Source: Armatimonadota bacterium (lineage in GTDB: Bacteria > Armatimonadota > UBA10988). Taken from it: DNA of 36,415 nt. The translations under genes and the position numbers were made by a program. Within the stretch, counting starts at the first letter, position 1; each line of letters opens with the position of its first letter. The notes under the pieces are model-generated. The model was not told where the DNA came from. It saw only the letters and a list, made by a program, of their open reading frames with translations, and made no database searches. Positions 17,760 to 26,642 of this stretch are shown here, piece by piece. The stretch spans positions 1 through 36,415 of the forward strand of contig JACRKZ010000125.1 in the NCBI GenBank assembly GCA_016235455.1, read 5' to 3'.

Positions 17760-20093
17760 ATGAAGCGAGCGGTTGCGGCGCTGGTGGCGGGTGCGTGTTG
17801 GGTCGGGATGCTGGCGGCCAACCCGATGCCCATGGAAGAGCACTGGAGCGGCGGCCGACTGGTGCCCGCGATGGCGGTGCCCGTCGACATTCTGCACGAG
17901 TCGCTGTCGGTCGACATCGGCCCAGCCCCACGCCAGTGGACACAAGGCGGCAAGGTCTACACGTCGCACTGGTGGGACAGCCGGGTGACCGCACGCTACG
18001 AACTTGCGGCCGATGAGGCGGTGACGGTGCCCATCGTCTTCCCGTTCACTGGCCAGGCGAGCAACTTGCGGTTCGGGCTCAACGGCCGCGCCGTACCCGC
18101 GCGCCTGCTCTCCACTGTCGATCTGCTGCAGCCGTATGCCGACACCTGGCGTCGCGCGGTGGAACTGGCCATCGCGCGAGACGCCCATCTGCGCGCCGCC
18201 GTGGCCGAGATCCGGGCGCGGCGCACAGCCGCCGTGCCGCTCGAGAAGCGAGACAGCGGGGACCTCTGGTTTGCCGCGGTCAGCTTCGCCGGCGGCTGGC
18301 TCAGGCAGCGCGCGGGTGTCGGCGCCGAAAGTGATCTCGCCGACTTTCTGTGCGGCTCGCCGATCGCCGACAACCCGCTGATGCCTGCTGGGCCGCTGGC
18401 CGAGCTGAGCACGCTACGCCGGCTGGCTCTGGCCGTCGATCCGCGAGTGCCCGATCCCCTGGCCCTGGCCGAGGCGGCGTCGGGTACGTTCACGCTGACC
18501 GCCGCCTTCGCGACGGCCGATCTGCCGTTGCGCCAGGGCGCCCACGACCTGGTCGTGGGCTACACGCAGCCGGTGGGCTCGGTCAACCGGCTGGGCGTCG
18601 AGCTCACCGCCAACCTGGGCCCTGATGGCCGGCCGATGCCCGCCAGCCGTCTGCTGCCCGCGTTTGGCTACATCGTGCGCACGGCGAGCCATTGGCGACG
18701 TTTCGGCACCCTCGACGTGACGGTGCGGCTACCGCGTGGTACCAGGCAGGTGGAGTGCTCGGAGCCCACGGCCAAGGCCACCCTCGATGAGCGCCCGCCG
18801 ACGGTGCGCTGGTCGGTCTCGGGTGTGCCCGCCAAGGACATCGAGGTGATCTTCGACACCGCCGCCTTCCAGCCCGGCGATGGGCTCTACTTCAGGGGGC
18901 TGCCGCCCGAGCCCACGGCGCCGCGCGTGCGGCCCACACTGCGCTGGATCCGCCTGCTGGGCCATGTGAGCGAGGCGGTCTGTGCCGGTCCCAGTGTCGA
19001 TCGGGGGCGCGTGCTGGTCTGCAGGGGACGTACGGGTTGGGTCTACGAAGTGGCCGACGGGGCCTTGCGCCACACGCTGGAGCTGCCCTTCCGGGCCGAC
19101 GAAGCACGGTTGACCGGCGACCGTGTGGTCATCGTGTCGAGGCCCGACACCCAATCTGCGGCGGGGCCGGGGCCGGCTGGTTGGTGCCGCGCCGCGGCCT
19201 GCCTCGATCTGGCGGGCGCCGTGCTCTGGCGGGCCGAGATACCCGTCCGCCAAGATGCCCCGCTGTGCATGGACGCGCGCGGTGATTTGCTCTTTCTGTG
19301 GCGCTTTGGCGGCGCGTTGGCGTTGCGGCTGAGCGACGGCCGGGAGCAGTGGCGTAGCGCGGCCGACGTGGTCGACGTGGCGCCTGACGCCACCGACGCC
19401 GGCGTGCTCTATGTGGCCCAGCGCAACGGTGGCGGCGCCCGACACCAGGACGGTCCGTTGGCCATCGCGGCCTGGGGGGAGGCTGATGGGCTGCCGCGCT
19501 GGACCTGGCAGGGCCAAGGGTCTACGGCCGTCGTCAGGCTGGATCCCGCCATCGGGCTGCTGGCCGTGCTGGCCACCGCGGAGCCCGGCCGGCCATGGCG
19601 CTTCCTGGCGTTGCGGTCGGTCAGCGGCACGCGCATCTGGGACCGCGACCTGCCGGCCGAACAACTGTCGCCGCTGCAAGGCGAGGAGGATGTTGTGTAC
19701 CGATCGCCGGCCTTGACACTCGCCGGGAGCGCTGCCACCACAGTCGTCACCTACCGCGACGACGGCCGGCCGGGCAAGGTCGAGTCCTTCCCTTACCAAA
19801 CGCAGTCGATGGGTGCGGCGGTCCGTTCGGGATCGCGGTTCTACGTGCCCACGATGCTGGGCCTCGACTGCTTCGACCAAGGCTCGGGCGGGATGCTGTG
19901 GCGCAGCGCGTCGCCCGCGCAGCACGGCCGGGTGGCGCTCAGCGGTGGGCGCCTCATCTGCTTCTCGACGCTGGGTGCCACGCTCAGCGTCGCCGACGAT
20001 CCAGGGCCCGGCGCGTTGCCGCCGCTGGACAACGCGGTGCCTGAGCATGGTGCCGTGCCGGCCGATCTGGTCAAAGTGCTGGCGCCGCGATAG
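17760..20093 (+). CDS. Exported protein: DUF4424-like N-terminal domain fused to a PQQ-like beta-propeller
   Basis: Signal peptide; AN...GG.LVP...ILHESLSV and GYIVRTASHW...LDVTV resemble DUF4424. C-terminal Trp-docking repeats LDLAGAVLW, LSDGREQW, ADGLPRW, VSGTRIW and GSGGMLW. Confidence 0.6.
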   Translation: MKRAVAALVAGACWVGMLAANPMPMEEHWSGGRLVPAMAVPVDILHESLSVDIGPAPRQWTQGGKVYTSHWWDSRVTARYELAADEAVTVPIVFPFTGQASNLRFGLNGRAVPARLLSTVDLLQPYADTWRRAVELAIARDAHLRAAVAEIRARRTAAVPLEKRDSGDLWFAAVSFAGGWLRQRAGVGAESDLADFLCGSPIADNPLMPAGPLAELSTLRRLALAVDPRVPDPLALAEAASGTFTLTAAFATADLPLRQGAHDLVVGYTQPVGSVNRLGVELTANLGPDGRPMPASRLLPAFGYIVRTASHWRRFGTLDVTVRLPRGTRQVECSEPTAKATLDERPPTVRWSVSGVPAKDIEVIFDTAAFQPGDGLYFRGLPPEPTAPRVRPTLRWIRLLGHVSEAVCAGPSVDRGRVLVCRGRTGWVYEVADGALRHTLELPFRADEARLTGDRVVIVSRPDTQSAAGPGPAGWCRAAACLDLAGAVLWRAEIPVRQDAPLCMDARGDLLFLWRFGGALALRLSDGREQWRSAADVVDVAPDATDAGVLYVAQRNGGGARHQDGPLAIAAWGEADGLPRWTWQGQGSTAVVRLDPAIGLLAVLATAEPGRPWRFLALRSVSGTRIWDRDLPAEQLSPLQGEEDVVYRSPALTLAGSAATTVVTYRDDGRPGKVESFPYQTQSMGAAVRSGSRFYVPTMLGLDCFDQGSGGMLWRSASPAQHGRVALSGGRLICFSTLGATLSVADDPGPGALPPLDNAVPEHGAVPADLVKVLAPR

Positions 20094-20126
20094 CCAGCCG
20101 TGGCATCCTTGGCGCGGGAGCCCGCG

Positions 20127-23100
20127 ATGTTGCGATGCCTTGGCTGCTGGTTCGTGTGTCTGCTGTCGGCCGCGCCGCTGCTCGCCGCGCCGGCGGGTGT
20201 CGTGCTGCAACTGCCGTGCGACCGCAATCTGGCCGACGCCAGCGGTCACGGCAACGATGCCTGGTGTGCCAAGGCTTCCTTCGTCGCCGGCCAGACGGGT
20301 CAGGGGCTGAAGCTGGGCGGCGAGGCGGCCACCATCTCTGACCGCGCCGAGTTGCGGCTGGCGCCGGGGCTCCGGCTTGACCTGTGGGTGCGCTTCGACG
20401 GCGAGCCGGTGGCAGGGCGCGAGGTGGTGGTCAAGGACAGCGAGTACATGCTGCGCGTCGACCCGGCCGGCGAGGGCGCGCAGTTCGCCTTCTTCGTCTA
20501 CCTCGACGGCTGGGAGCCCCGTGTGCGCTCGCGCGTGGTGCCGCGCGTGGGCACCTGGTACCACCTGGTGGCGGGCTGGGACGGCCATGAGCTGTCGCTC
20601 GAAGTGAACGGCGAGGCGAGCCGCGGGGCGCGCGAGGGCCAACGCACGGCGGCCGATGCGCCGCTGCGCTATGGGCCGATGGATGCCGGGCCAGTGACCA
20701 TCGGCCCGTTCGATGGTGTGGTGGACGAGTTCTCGTTGACCAACCCCGGCGCGCGTTCGGGCGGTGTGGCGCATTGGGCGTTCGACGGCGATCTGCGCGA
20801 CGAGGCCGGCGGCCATGCGTTGGCGCCGGCCACGGCGGGGTTCCAGCCGGGCCGCGACGGCCAGGCGGTCAATCTGGCCACGCCGCTGACCACACCCGAC
20901 CGCGACGATCTGCGGCTGGCGCCGGGCCTGCGCATCGACTGCGCCGTGCGTTTCGACCAGTTGCCCACCGGCATCGGCTGTCTGGTGAGCAAGGACCGCG
21001 AGTACCAGTTGCGCGTCGACCCGCCGAATGAGGGTGGGCGCTTCTCGTTCTTCATCAACCTCGGCGGTTGGGAGCCGCGTGTGCAGTCGGCGGTGAAGGC
21101 CGAGCCGGGCGTGTGGTACCGGCTGAGCGCGAGTTGGAACGGCCAGGCGATCACGCTCGACGTGAACGGCCAGCGCAAGACCACCGTGCGCTCGGGCCTG
21201 CCGCAGCCGGGGCCCGAGCCGGTGCGCCTGGGCGGCGTGCCCGCCTGGTGCGATGATCTGCGCATCGAGAACCCGCGCCTGCCGCTGCTGCGCCTCACCG
21301 CGCTGGAGCAGGAGCGCACCTTGCTGCGCGCCGGCGTGGTCGAGCGGCTGAGCGGTACGGTCGAGAACTTGGGCTCGCCGGCGCGCCGTGCCGTGGCCAC
21401 GCTGTCGGTCGGGCCGGGAGTGACCTGCCTGGACGAGCCGACCGTGACCGTCGGGCCGCTGGCCAGCGGCGAGCGCCGAGCCGTGGCGTGGACCGTGCGG
21501 GCCGAGACGTCGCTGAGTTCGTGGGCCGCCGTGCAGTTGGCCGACGGCCCGGCCAAGCCCGCGCCGTACCGCCGTGCGCTGGCCTTCTTCGGCCAGAGCG
21601 ACGCGCCGACGCCGCCGGTGTTCGTCTGCGAGGCGGTCGGCACCACGTGGTACGTGGACAGCATCGCCGGGGACAATGCGCGCGCCGGCACATCGCCCGA
21701 GACCGCCTGGCGCGACTTCGCCAAAGTCACCGACAAAGTGCTCGGCCCCGGCGACCGCTTGCTGCTGCGGCGCGGCAGCGTGTTCAACCACGAACTGCGC
21801 CTCGAGGCCCACGGCACGGCGCGCCGTTGGGCCGAGATCGGCGCCTATGGCGACGGCGCGCGGCCCATCTTGCGGCGCGACTGGCATATCGACGACCGCT
21901 GTGCGTTCATCCGTGACCCGGACTTCCTGCGCATCAGCGGCCTGACCTTCTGCTATGCCGGCAAGGGGCTCATCGTGATGAACCGCGACCCCAACCACTC
22001 GGGCGTGATCATCGAGGACTGCCTGGCCCATCACATCGAGGGCCTCTATCGCCCCAATGCCCACGGCATCCCCGAATGGCAGGACCGGCTGGGCGCGCCA
22101 GGCGATGGTCTCAACCTGTCGCCGGGCATCGCCGTGTGCGGCGCCGACCCGCGCGACGTGCTGCTGCGCGACTGCGAGATGTTCCAGTGTTCGTGGGCCT
22201 GGTTCGCCGTGGGCGACAACCTCACCATCGACCGCGTCTTCACCCACGACAACCACGTCCACAACACCTCGCCGCATCCGGCGCTGATCAGTGCGCGGCG
22301 CTCGTGGCTGATCAACAGCCTGTTCCACGCGCCCGGCTGGCACGCCTCGGCCGGCACCATGGGCATCATGCTGTGCGACCCCGAGGGCCTGGTCATCCGC
22401 AACTGCACCTTCCGACAGCAGCCCGATTCGGGCAGCGCCGACGAGGGTGGCATCGACTTTGAGAATACCGGCCACGGCTGCCTGGTCGACCGCTGCACGT
22501 TCGAGCGTAACGCCGGCGCGGCCATCGAGATGCTGGGCCTGGAAGCGCCGCAGACGCGCAATGTGGAGATCGCCGGATCACGCTTCATCCAGAACAACCT
22601 GGGCCGCAAGCTCGGACCGGCGGAGGTGTACGTCTGGGGCCAGACCAACAGCGCGGATGTCTGCTGCAGCACGGGCATCGTGCGCGACTGCGGCTACGTG
22701 CTCAACCCTGGCGTGCAGTTCTTCATCAATGAGGCGCCGAAGACCACGCGCTGGGAGGTGCGCGCCAATGCTGGCTACGACAGCCCCGCGGCGCTGCGTC
22801 GAGCCATGCCGCTGAACGACCCGCCGGCCGCTGATGCCGGACCGGACATCTGGACCAATCAGGGCAAGGTGGCTCTGGCCGGCCGGGCCACCGACAGCGC
22901 CACGCCCGGCGGCAAGCCGCTGGCTGTGCACTGGGAGGTGATTGAGGGTCCCGGCGCGGTGACCTTCACCCCGGCCGACGCCGCGGCCACCACGGCCGAC
23001 CTGTCCGTGCCGGGCGACTACCTGCTGCGCCTTGTGGCCGACGACGGCGAGTTGTGGCACAGCGACCTGGTTGTCGTGCATCGACTGGCCAACGCGGCTA

Positions 23101-23588
23101 CCGCCGCGTTGGCTTGGGACTTCTCGACCGCGGGCGACAAGGAAGGCTGGACCGAAGCCGGCCTGGGCACGAAGTTGCGCGAGTACGCCGACCAGCGCTG
23201 GTCGACCCGCGCCGAGCCGATCCAGTACGTGGGTGGCGGCTTCTATATCGTCGCCCTCGACGCCAGCACCGACGGGCACCTGCTATCCAAGGATAGCCTG
23301 GCTCTGGACACGGCCCGCGCGGTCACGCTGCGGCTCCGGCTGATGAACCACACGCCCGCGACCCGGATGCGCCTGCGCTACATCACCGATGCCGACCGCA
23401 CCTGGGACGAGCGCAAGAGCGTGCCCTTCGACGTGGTGGCGGGCGACACCGCACCGCGCGCCTACACGATCGACCTGAGTCGGGCGCCGGGCTGGGCGGG
23501 CCGCATCCGGCAGATCCGGCTGGATCTGGCCACCGGCGCGCCGCTGACGGGCACTGTGCGGCTGGACTATGTCGCGCTTGGCGACTGA
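20127..23588 (+). CDS. Exported multidomain protein: two LamG domains, CARDB/Ig-like domain, right-handed beta-helix, PKD-like domain and C-terminal carbohydrate-binding-like domain
   Basis: GGGAG RBS then ATG at 20127; signal peptide. Duplicated LRLAPGLR...EY.LRVDP..EG..F.FF..L.GWEPRV...WY.L...W.G. Also WYVDSIAGDNARAGTSPETAW..LGPGDRLLLRRG, DEGGIDFE, NDPPAADAGPD...PGDYLLRLVADDG and W.GRIRQIRLD. Confidence 0.8.
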   Translation: MLRCLGCWFVCLLSAAPLLAAPAGVVLQLPCDRNLADASGHGNDAWCAKASFVAGQTGQGLKLGGEAATISDRAELRLAPGLRLDLWVRFDGEPVAGREVVVKDSEYMLRVDPAGEGAQFAFFVYLDGWEPRVRSRVVPRVGTWYHLVAGWDGHELSLEVNGEASRGAREGQRTAADAPLRYGPMDAGPVTIGPFDGVVDEFSLTNPGARSGGVAHWAFDGDLRDEAGGHALAPATAGFQPGRDGQAVNLATPLTTPDRDDLRLAPGLRIDCAVRFDQLPTGIGCLVSKDREYQLRVDPPNEGGRFSFFINLGGWEPRVQSAVKAEPGVWYRLSASWNGQAITLDVNGQRKTTVRSGLPQPGPEPVRLGGVPAWCDDLRIENPRLPLLRLTALEQERTLLRAGVVERLSGTVENLGSPARRAVATLSVGPGVTCLDEPTVTVGPLASGERRAVAWTVRAETSLSSWAAVQLADGPAKPAPYRRALAFFGQSDAPTPPVFVCEAVGTTWYVDSIAGDNARAGTSPETAWRDFAKVTDKVLGPGDRLLLRRGSVFNHELRLEAHGTARRWAEIGAYGDGARPILRRDWHIDDRCAFIRDPDFLRISGLTFCYAGKGLIVMNRDPNHSGVIIEDCLAHHIEGLYRPNAHGIPEWQDRLGAPGDGLNLSPGIAVCGADPRDVLLRDCEMFQCSWAWFAVGDNLTIDRVFTHDNHVHNTSPHPALISARRSWLINSLFHAPGWHASAGTMGIMLCDPEGLVIRNCTFRQQPDSGSADEGGIDFENTGHGCLVDRCTFERNAGAAIEMLGLEAPQTRNVEIAGSRFIQNNLGRKLGPAEVYVWGQTNSADVCCSTGIVRDCGYVLNPGVQFFINEAPKTTRWEVRANAGYDSPAALRRAMPLNDPPAADAGPDIWTNQGKVALAGRATDSATPGGKPLAVHWEVIEGPGAVTFTPADAAATTADLSVPGDYLLRLVADDGELWHSDLVVVHRLANAATAALAWDFSTAGDKEGWTEAGLGTKLREYADQRWSTRAEPIQYVGGGFYIVALDASTDGHLLSKDSLALDTARAVTLRLRLMNHTPATRMRLRYITDADRTWDERKSVPFDVVAGDTAPRAYTIDLSRAPGWAGRIRQIRLDLATGAPLTGTVRLDYVALGD

Positions 23589-23594
23589 GGTGCA

Positions 23595-23624
23595 TTGACG
23601 CGCGCGGCGGCGAGGCGATAGGAT
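23595..23624 (+). promoter_or_regulatory. Putative sigma70 promoter for the HzsA-related gene
   Basis: TTGACG (23595-23600), N18, TAGGAT (23619-23624), followed by a GGAG RBS and GTG at 23671. Confidence 0.6.
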
Positions 23625-23670
23625 CGGCGCTGTGACGCACCAGGCCGCCTGGTGTCGCGGAGCGGTCAAC

Positions 23671-26550
23671 GTGACTCGCCTGGTCAACCTCTGCCCACTG
23701 CTGCTGGCTGGCCTGGCGTTGGCCGGGCCCGAGAACCTGGCACCGAAGGCCGCCGTCTCGGCGTCGTCGGAGTTCAGCGGCCAGTACCTGGCGCGTTTCG
23801 CGGTGGATGGCGTGGTGCCTGACGCCGAGGGTCAGGACGATGCCAACCGAGCCTGGGCGTCCAACGGCGCGCGGTCGGCCGGCCGCGGCTGGTTCGCGCT
23901 CACCTGGCCGGCGCCCGTCGAGGTCGGCGAACTGGTCTACTTCGCCCGCACCGGCTGGATCCTGACCGACACCTGGCGAGGCTACGCTGTGTATCTCGAC
24001 CAGGACGCCACGCCCGCGGCGCAGGGAGAGTTGGCCGCGGAGCACGGCCCGCAACGCGTGCGACTGCCTCGGCGGACCGTGAGCAAGCTGCGCATCGAGT
24101 TCCTCAGCGCACACAGCGGACCCAACCCCGGCGCCTCGGAGATCGCCGTCTACGCGAGCAGTCCGTCCGATCAGGACCTGGAGGCGTTCATGGCGCCGCC
24201 CAGCCCGCTGAACGAGGTGGTGCGGTCGGGTGCGCTGGGCTTCCGCGACATCCTGGTCATCAAGCGGCACCGCATGGATCTGTCGCACGTCTACACCTAC
24301 CACGCCGAGGGCTTCCAGCCGGGCGGCGGCCTGTATGTGTGGTCACCGGGCCCCAACGGCGGGTCGTTGCGCGAGTTGGTGGCATCGCCCGAGGGTGAGA
24401 TCCTCGACTGCAGCCTGTCCTACGACGCCAAGGAAGTCGTCTTCTCCTGGAAGCGCCGCGGGCAGCCGCTGCGCTGCGGCCTGTGGGAGACGACCGAGGA
24501 GCATCCGCGGGGCATCTCCGACGAGAACTACCAGATCTACCGCATCAACCTGGACGGCACGGGCCTGACGCAGCTCACCAGCGGCCAGAACCACAACCTC
24601 AACGCCTGTTGGCTGCCGGACGGCGGCATCGCCTTCATCTCTGACCGGCAGCCCGCCTACGCCTATTGCTTCGTGACCACGTCGCCCGTGCTGTACCGCA
24701 TGGAGGGTGACGGCTCGCGTCAGAGGCGGCTGTCGTCGAACTACCTGATGGACTTCACGCCGGCGGTCCTCAACGACGGCCGCATCATCTACACGCGCTG
24801 GGAGTATGTCGACCGGCCGGCCATCCCCATCCAGAGCCTGTGGGTCATGCACCCCGATGGCACCGGCGTGTCGGGCTTCTACGGCAACCGCGTGCTCGAC
24901 CCCGGCACCTTCATGCAGCCGCACCCGATGCCGGGCTCCGACCGCGTGATCTGCACGCTCACGGGCCACAACGGCTCGGCCCGTGGGGCCATCGGGCTGA
25001 TCGATCCCGCCCAGGGCGCCAACGCGCAGGCGGCCATCACCAACCTGACCCCGGAGATCGCGCTCGGCCGCGTCGATGCGGGCGATGGCAACCGGCTGGC
25101 CAACGCCGGCCCCTACGAGTCGCCCTTCCCGGTCGATGCCAACCACTTCCTGGTCTGCCGAAACGGTGAGGTGCAGTTGCGCACCATCGACGGCGGCGTG
25201 CCGCCGGCCAGCCTGATCCGCCGCCGCGAGGGCATGGGCTTCTACGGTCCTATCCCCGTCGCAACACGCCCGTCGCCGCCGGTGATTGCCTCCAATCTGC
25301 CGGCTGCGCCGGCCGACGCCATGGCTACGGTGGTCATCACCGACGTCTACGCGGGTCTGGCGCCAGAGGTCAAACGCGGCGAGATCAAGCAGTTCGCGGT
25401 GGTCGAGGAGATCGCCAAGAGCACCTACACGCCGTTGCTGACGGCGGTGCCCGGCGCGCATGGCTATGCCGCCAACACGGCGTTCGGTTTCCAGTTCCCG
25501 CTGGTGTCTTGCGGTGCCACCTATGCGCCCAAGCGCATCTGGGGTTATGTCGATGTGCCGCCCGACGGCGCGGTCAGCCTGCGCGTGCCGGCCGAGAAGC
25601 CGATCCACTTCCAGGTGCTCGATGCCCAGGGCCGCGTGCTGCAACGCATGAGGACCTTCGTCCACTTCATGCCGGGCGAGGTGCAAGGCTGCGTGGGCTG
25701 CCATGCCGACCGCCGGGGCGGCGCTCCGCAGTCGCGCCTGGCCAATCTGTCCGCCAAAGCGGCTCCGCAGGAGCTCCGTCCGCCGGAGTGGGGTGTCGGC
25801 GGCTTCAGCTACCGCGATGTGGTCCAGCCCGTGCTCGACAAGTACTGCGTCACCTGCCACAACGAGCGGTCAGCGCCCAGCGGCGTCGACCTGAGCGGCG
25901 ACATGACCGACTTCTTCAACGTGTCGTACGACATCCTGGCACGCCGTGGCACCATCGGCGAGTGGCAACCGGGGCTGCACGGCGTCGCGGTGGCCAGTGG
26001 GCAGGAGGGCCGGAGCCCCTACACAAGTTGGATCTCCACCATCAACGGCGCCGAGTACAACATCCTGATGGTCAAGCCCAAGACCTGGGGCTCGCCGAAG
26101 AGCAGGCTGGCGGACATCGTGTTGGCCGGCCACCCCGACGCCCAGGGACAGCCGCGCTTCCAGATGGACACTGCCAGCCAGCGGCGCGTCCTGGCCTGGA
26201 TCGATCTCAACGTGCCGTACTACCCCAATTCGCGCGTCAGCTACGCCGACACCATGGGCTGCCGGCGCCTGTTCCCCGCCGATCTGGACAAGGTGCTCGC
26301 CGAAGTCGCCCAACGGCGCTGTCAGAGCTGCCATGGGAAGGGCATCCCGCGCACGTTCTACATCCGTGTGGAGAAGCCCGAGCTGAACAACTTCGCTCTG
26401 GCCCCGCTGGCCAGGGCCGCGGGTGGCACGGAAGCCTGCGGCAAGCCGATCTTCGCAACGACGGCCGATCCTGACTACCAGGCCATTCTGGGCTCGTTTG
26501 CGCCGATCCGTCGGCTGATGCACGACCAGCCGCGCGACGACATGCTGTAG
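23671..26550 (+). CDS. HzsA-related exported protein: discoidin/F5-8-like domain, TolB/PD40 propeller, hydrazine-synthase-alpha middle-like domain, three c-type heme motifs
   Basis: Signal peptide; NLAPKAAVSASSE...AVDG. Propeller motifs LSYDAKEVVFS, DGTGLTQLT, WLPDGGIAFISDR and DGRIIYTRWEYVD. Middle-domain motif VPAEKPIHFQVLDAQGRVLQRMRTFVHFMPGE. CxxCH motifs: CVGCH (25690-25704), CVTCH (25846-25860) and CQSCH (26320-26334). Confidence 0.88.
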   Translation: MTRLVNLCPLLLAGLALAGPENLAPKAAVSASSEFSGQYLARFAVDGVVPDAEGQDDANRAWASNGARSAGRGWFALTWPAPVEVGELVYFARTGWILTDTWRGYAVYLDQDATPAAQGELAAEHGPQRVRLPRRTVSKLRIEFLSAHSGPNPGASEIAVYASSPSDQDLEAFMAPPSPLNEVVRSGALGFRDILVIKRHRMDLSHVYTYHAEGFQPGGGLYVWSPGPNGGSLRELVASPEGEILDCSLSYDAKEVVFSWKRRGQPLRCGLWETTEEHPRGISDENYQIYRINLDGTGLTQLTSGQNHNLNACWLPDGGIAFISDRQPAYAYCFVTTSPVLYRMEGDGSRQRRLSSNYLMDFTPAVLNDGRIIYTRWEYVDRPAIPIQSLWVMHPDGTGVSGFYGNRVLDPGTFMQPHPMPGSDRVICTLTGHNGSARGAIGLIDPAQGANAQAAITNLTPEIALGRVDAGDGNRLANAGPYESPFPVDANHFLVCRNGEVQLRTIDGGVPPASLIRRREGMGFYGPIPVATRPSPPVIASNLPAAPADAMATVVITDVYAGLAPEVKRGEIKQFAVVEEIAKSTYTPLLTAVPGAHGYAANTAFGFQFPLVSCGATYAPKRIWGYVDVPPDGAVSLRVPAEKPIHFQVLDAQGRVLQRMRTFVHFMPGEVQGCVGCHADRRGGAPQSRLANLSAKAAPQELRPPEWGVGGFSYRDVVQPVLDKYCVTCHNERSAPSGVDLSGDMTDFFNVSYDILARRGTIGEWQPGLHGVAVASGQEGRSPYTSWISTINGAEYNILMVKPKTWGSPKSRLADIVLAGHPDAQGQPRFQMDTASQRRVLAWIDLNVPYYPNSRVSYADTMGCRRLFPADLDKVLAEVAQRRCQSCHGKGIPRTFYIRVEKPELNNFALAPLARAAGGTEACGKPIFATTADPDYQAILGSFAPIRRLMHDQPRDDML

Positions 26551-26642
26551 GTCACCGGGCTGGGGCACGCAAACGAGAAGGGCGTCGCTCGATCCGTGTA
26601 TACTGCGCGCGGTCGCCCCAACGACCCGGAAGGCGAACGGAT

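Noticed and set aside
20200-21275. Diversity-generating retroelement TR/VR pair
   Set aside because: Differences between the repeats are not adenine-specific, both copies are in frame within one CDS, and there is no reverse transcriptase in the window.
15081-22475. Very long minus-strand ORFs 15081..18188 (1035 aa) and 18729..22475 (1248 aa)
   Set aside because: They lie antisense to well-supported plus-strand genes and have the Arg/Gly/His/Ala-rich composition typical of shadow frames, with no domains.
23671-26550. Evidence for anammox (true hzsA)
   Set aside because: No hzsB, hzsC or hao nearby, an extra discoidin-like domain, and a heterotrophic glycan-degrader context.
26551-26642. Possible c-di-GMP-I riboswitch (GCAAAC-like sequence)
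   Set aside because: The GNRA tetraloop/receptor and paired stems could not be built. A simple TATACT promoter box explains the spacer.
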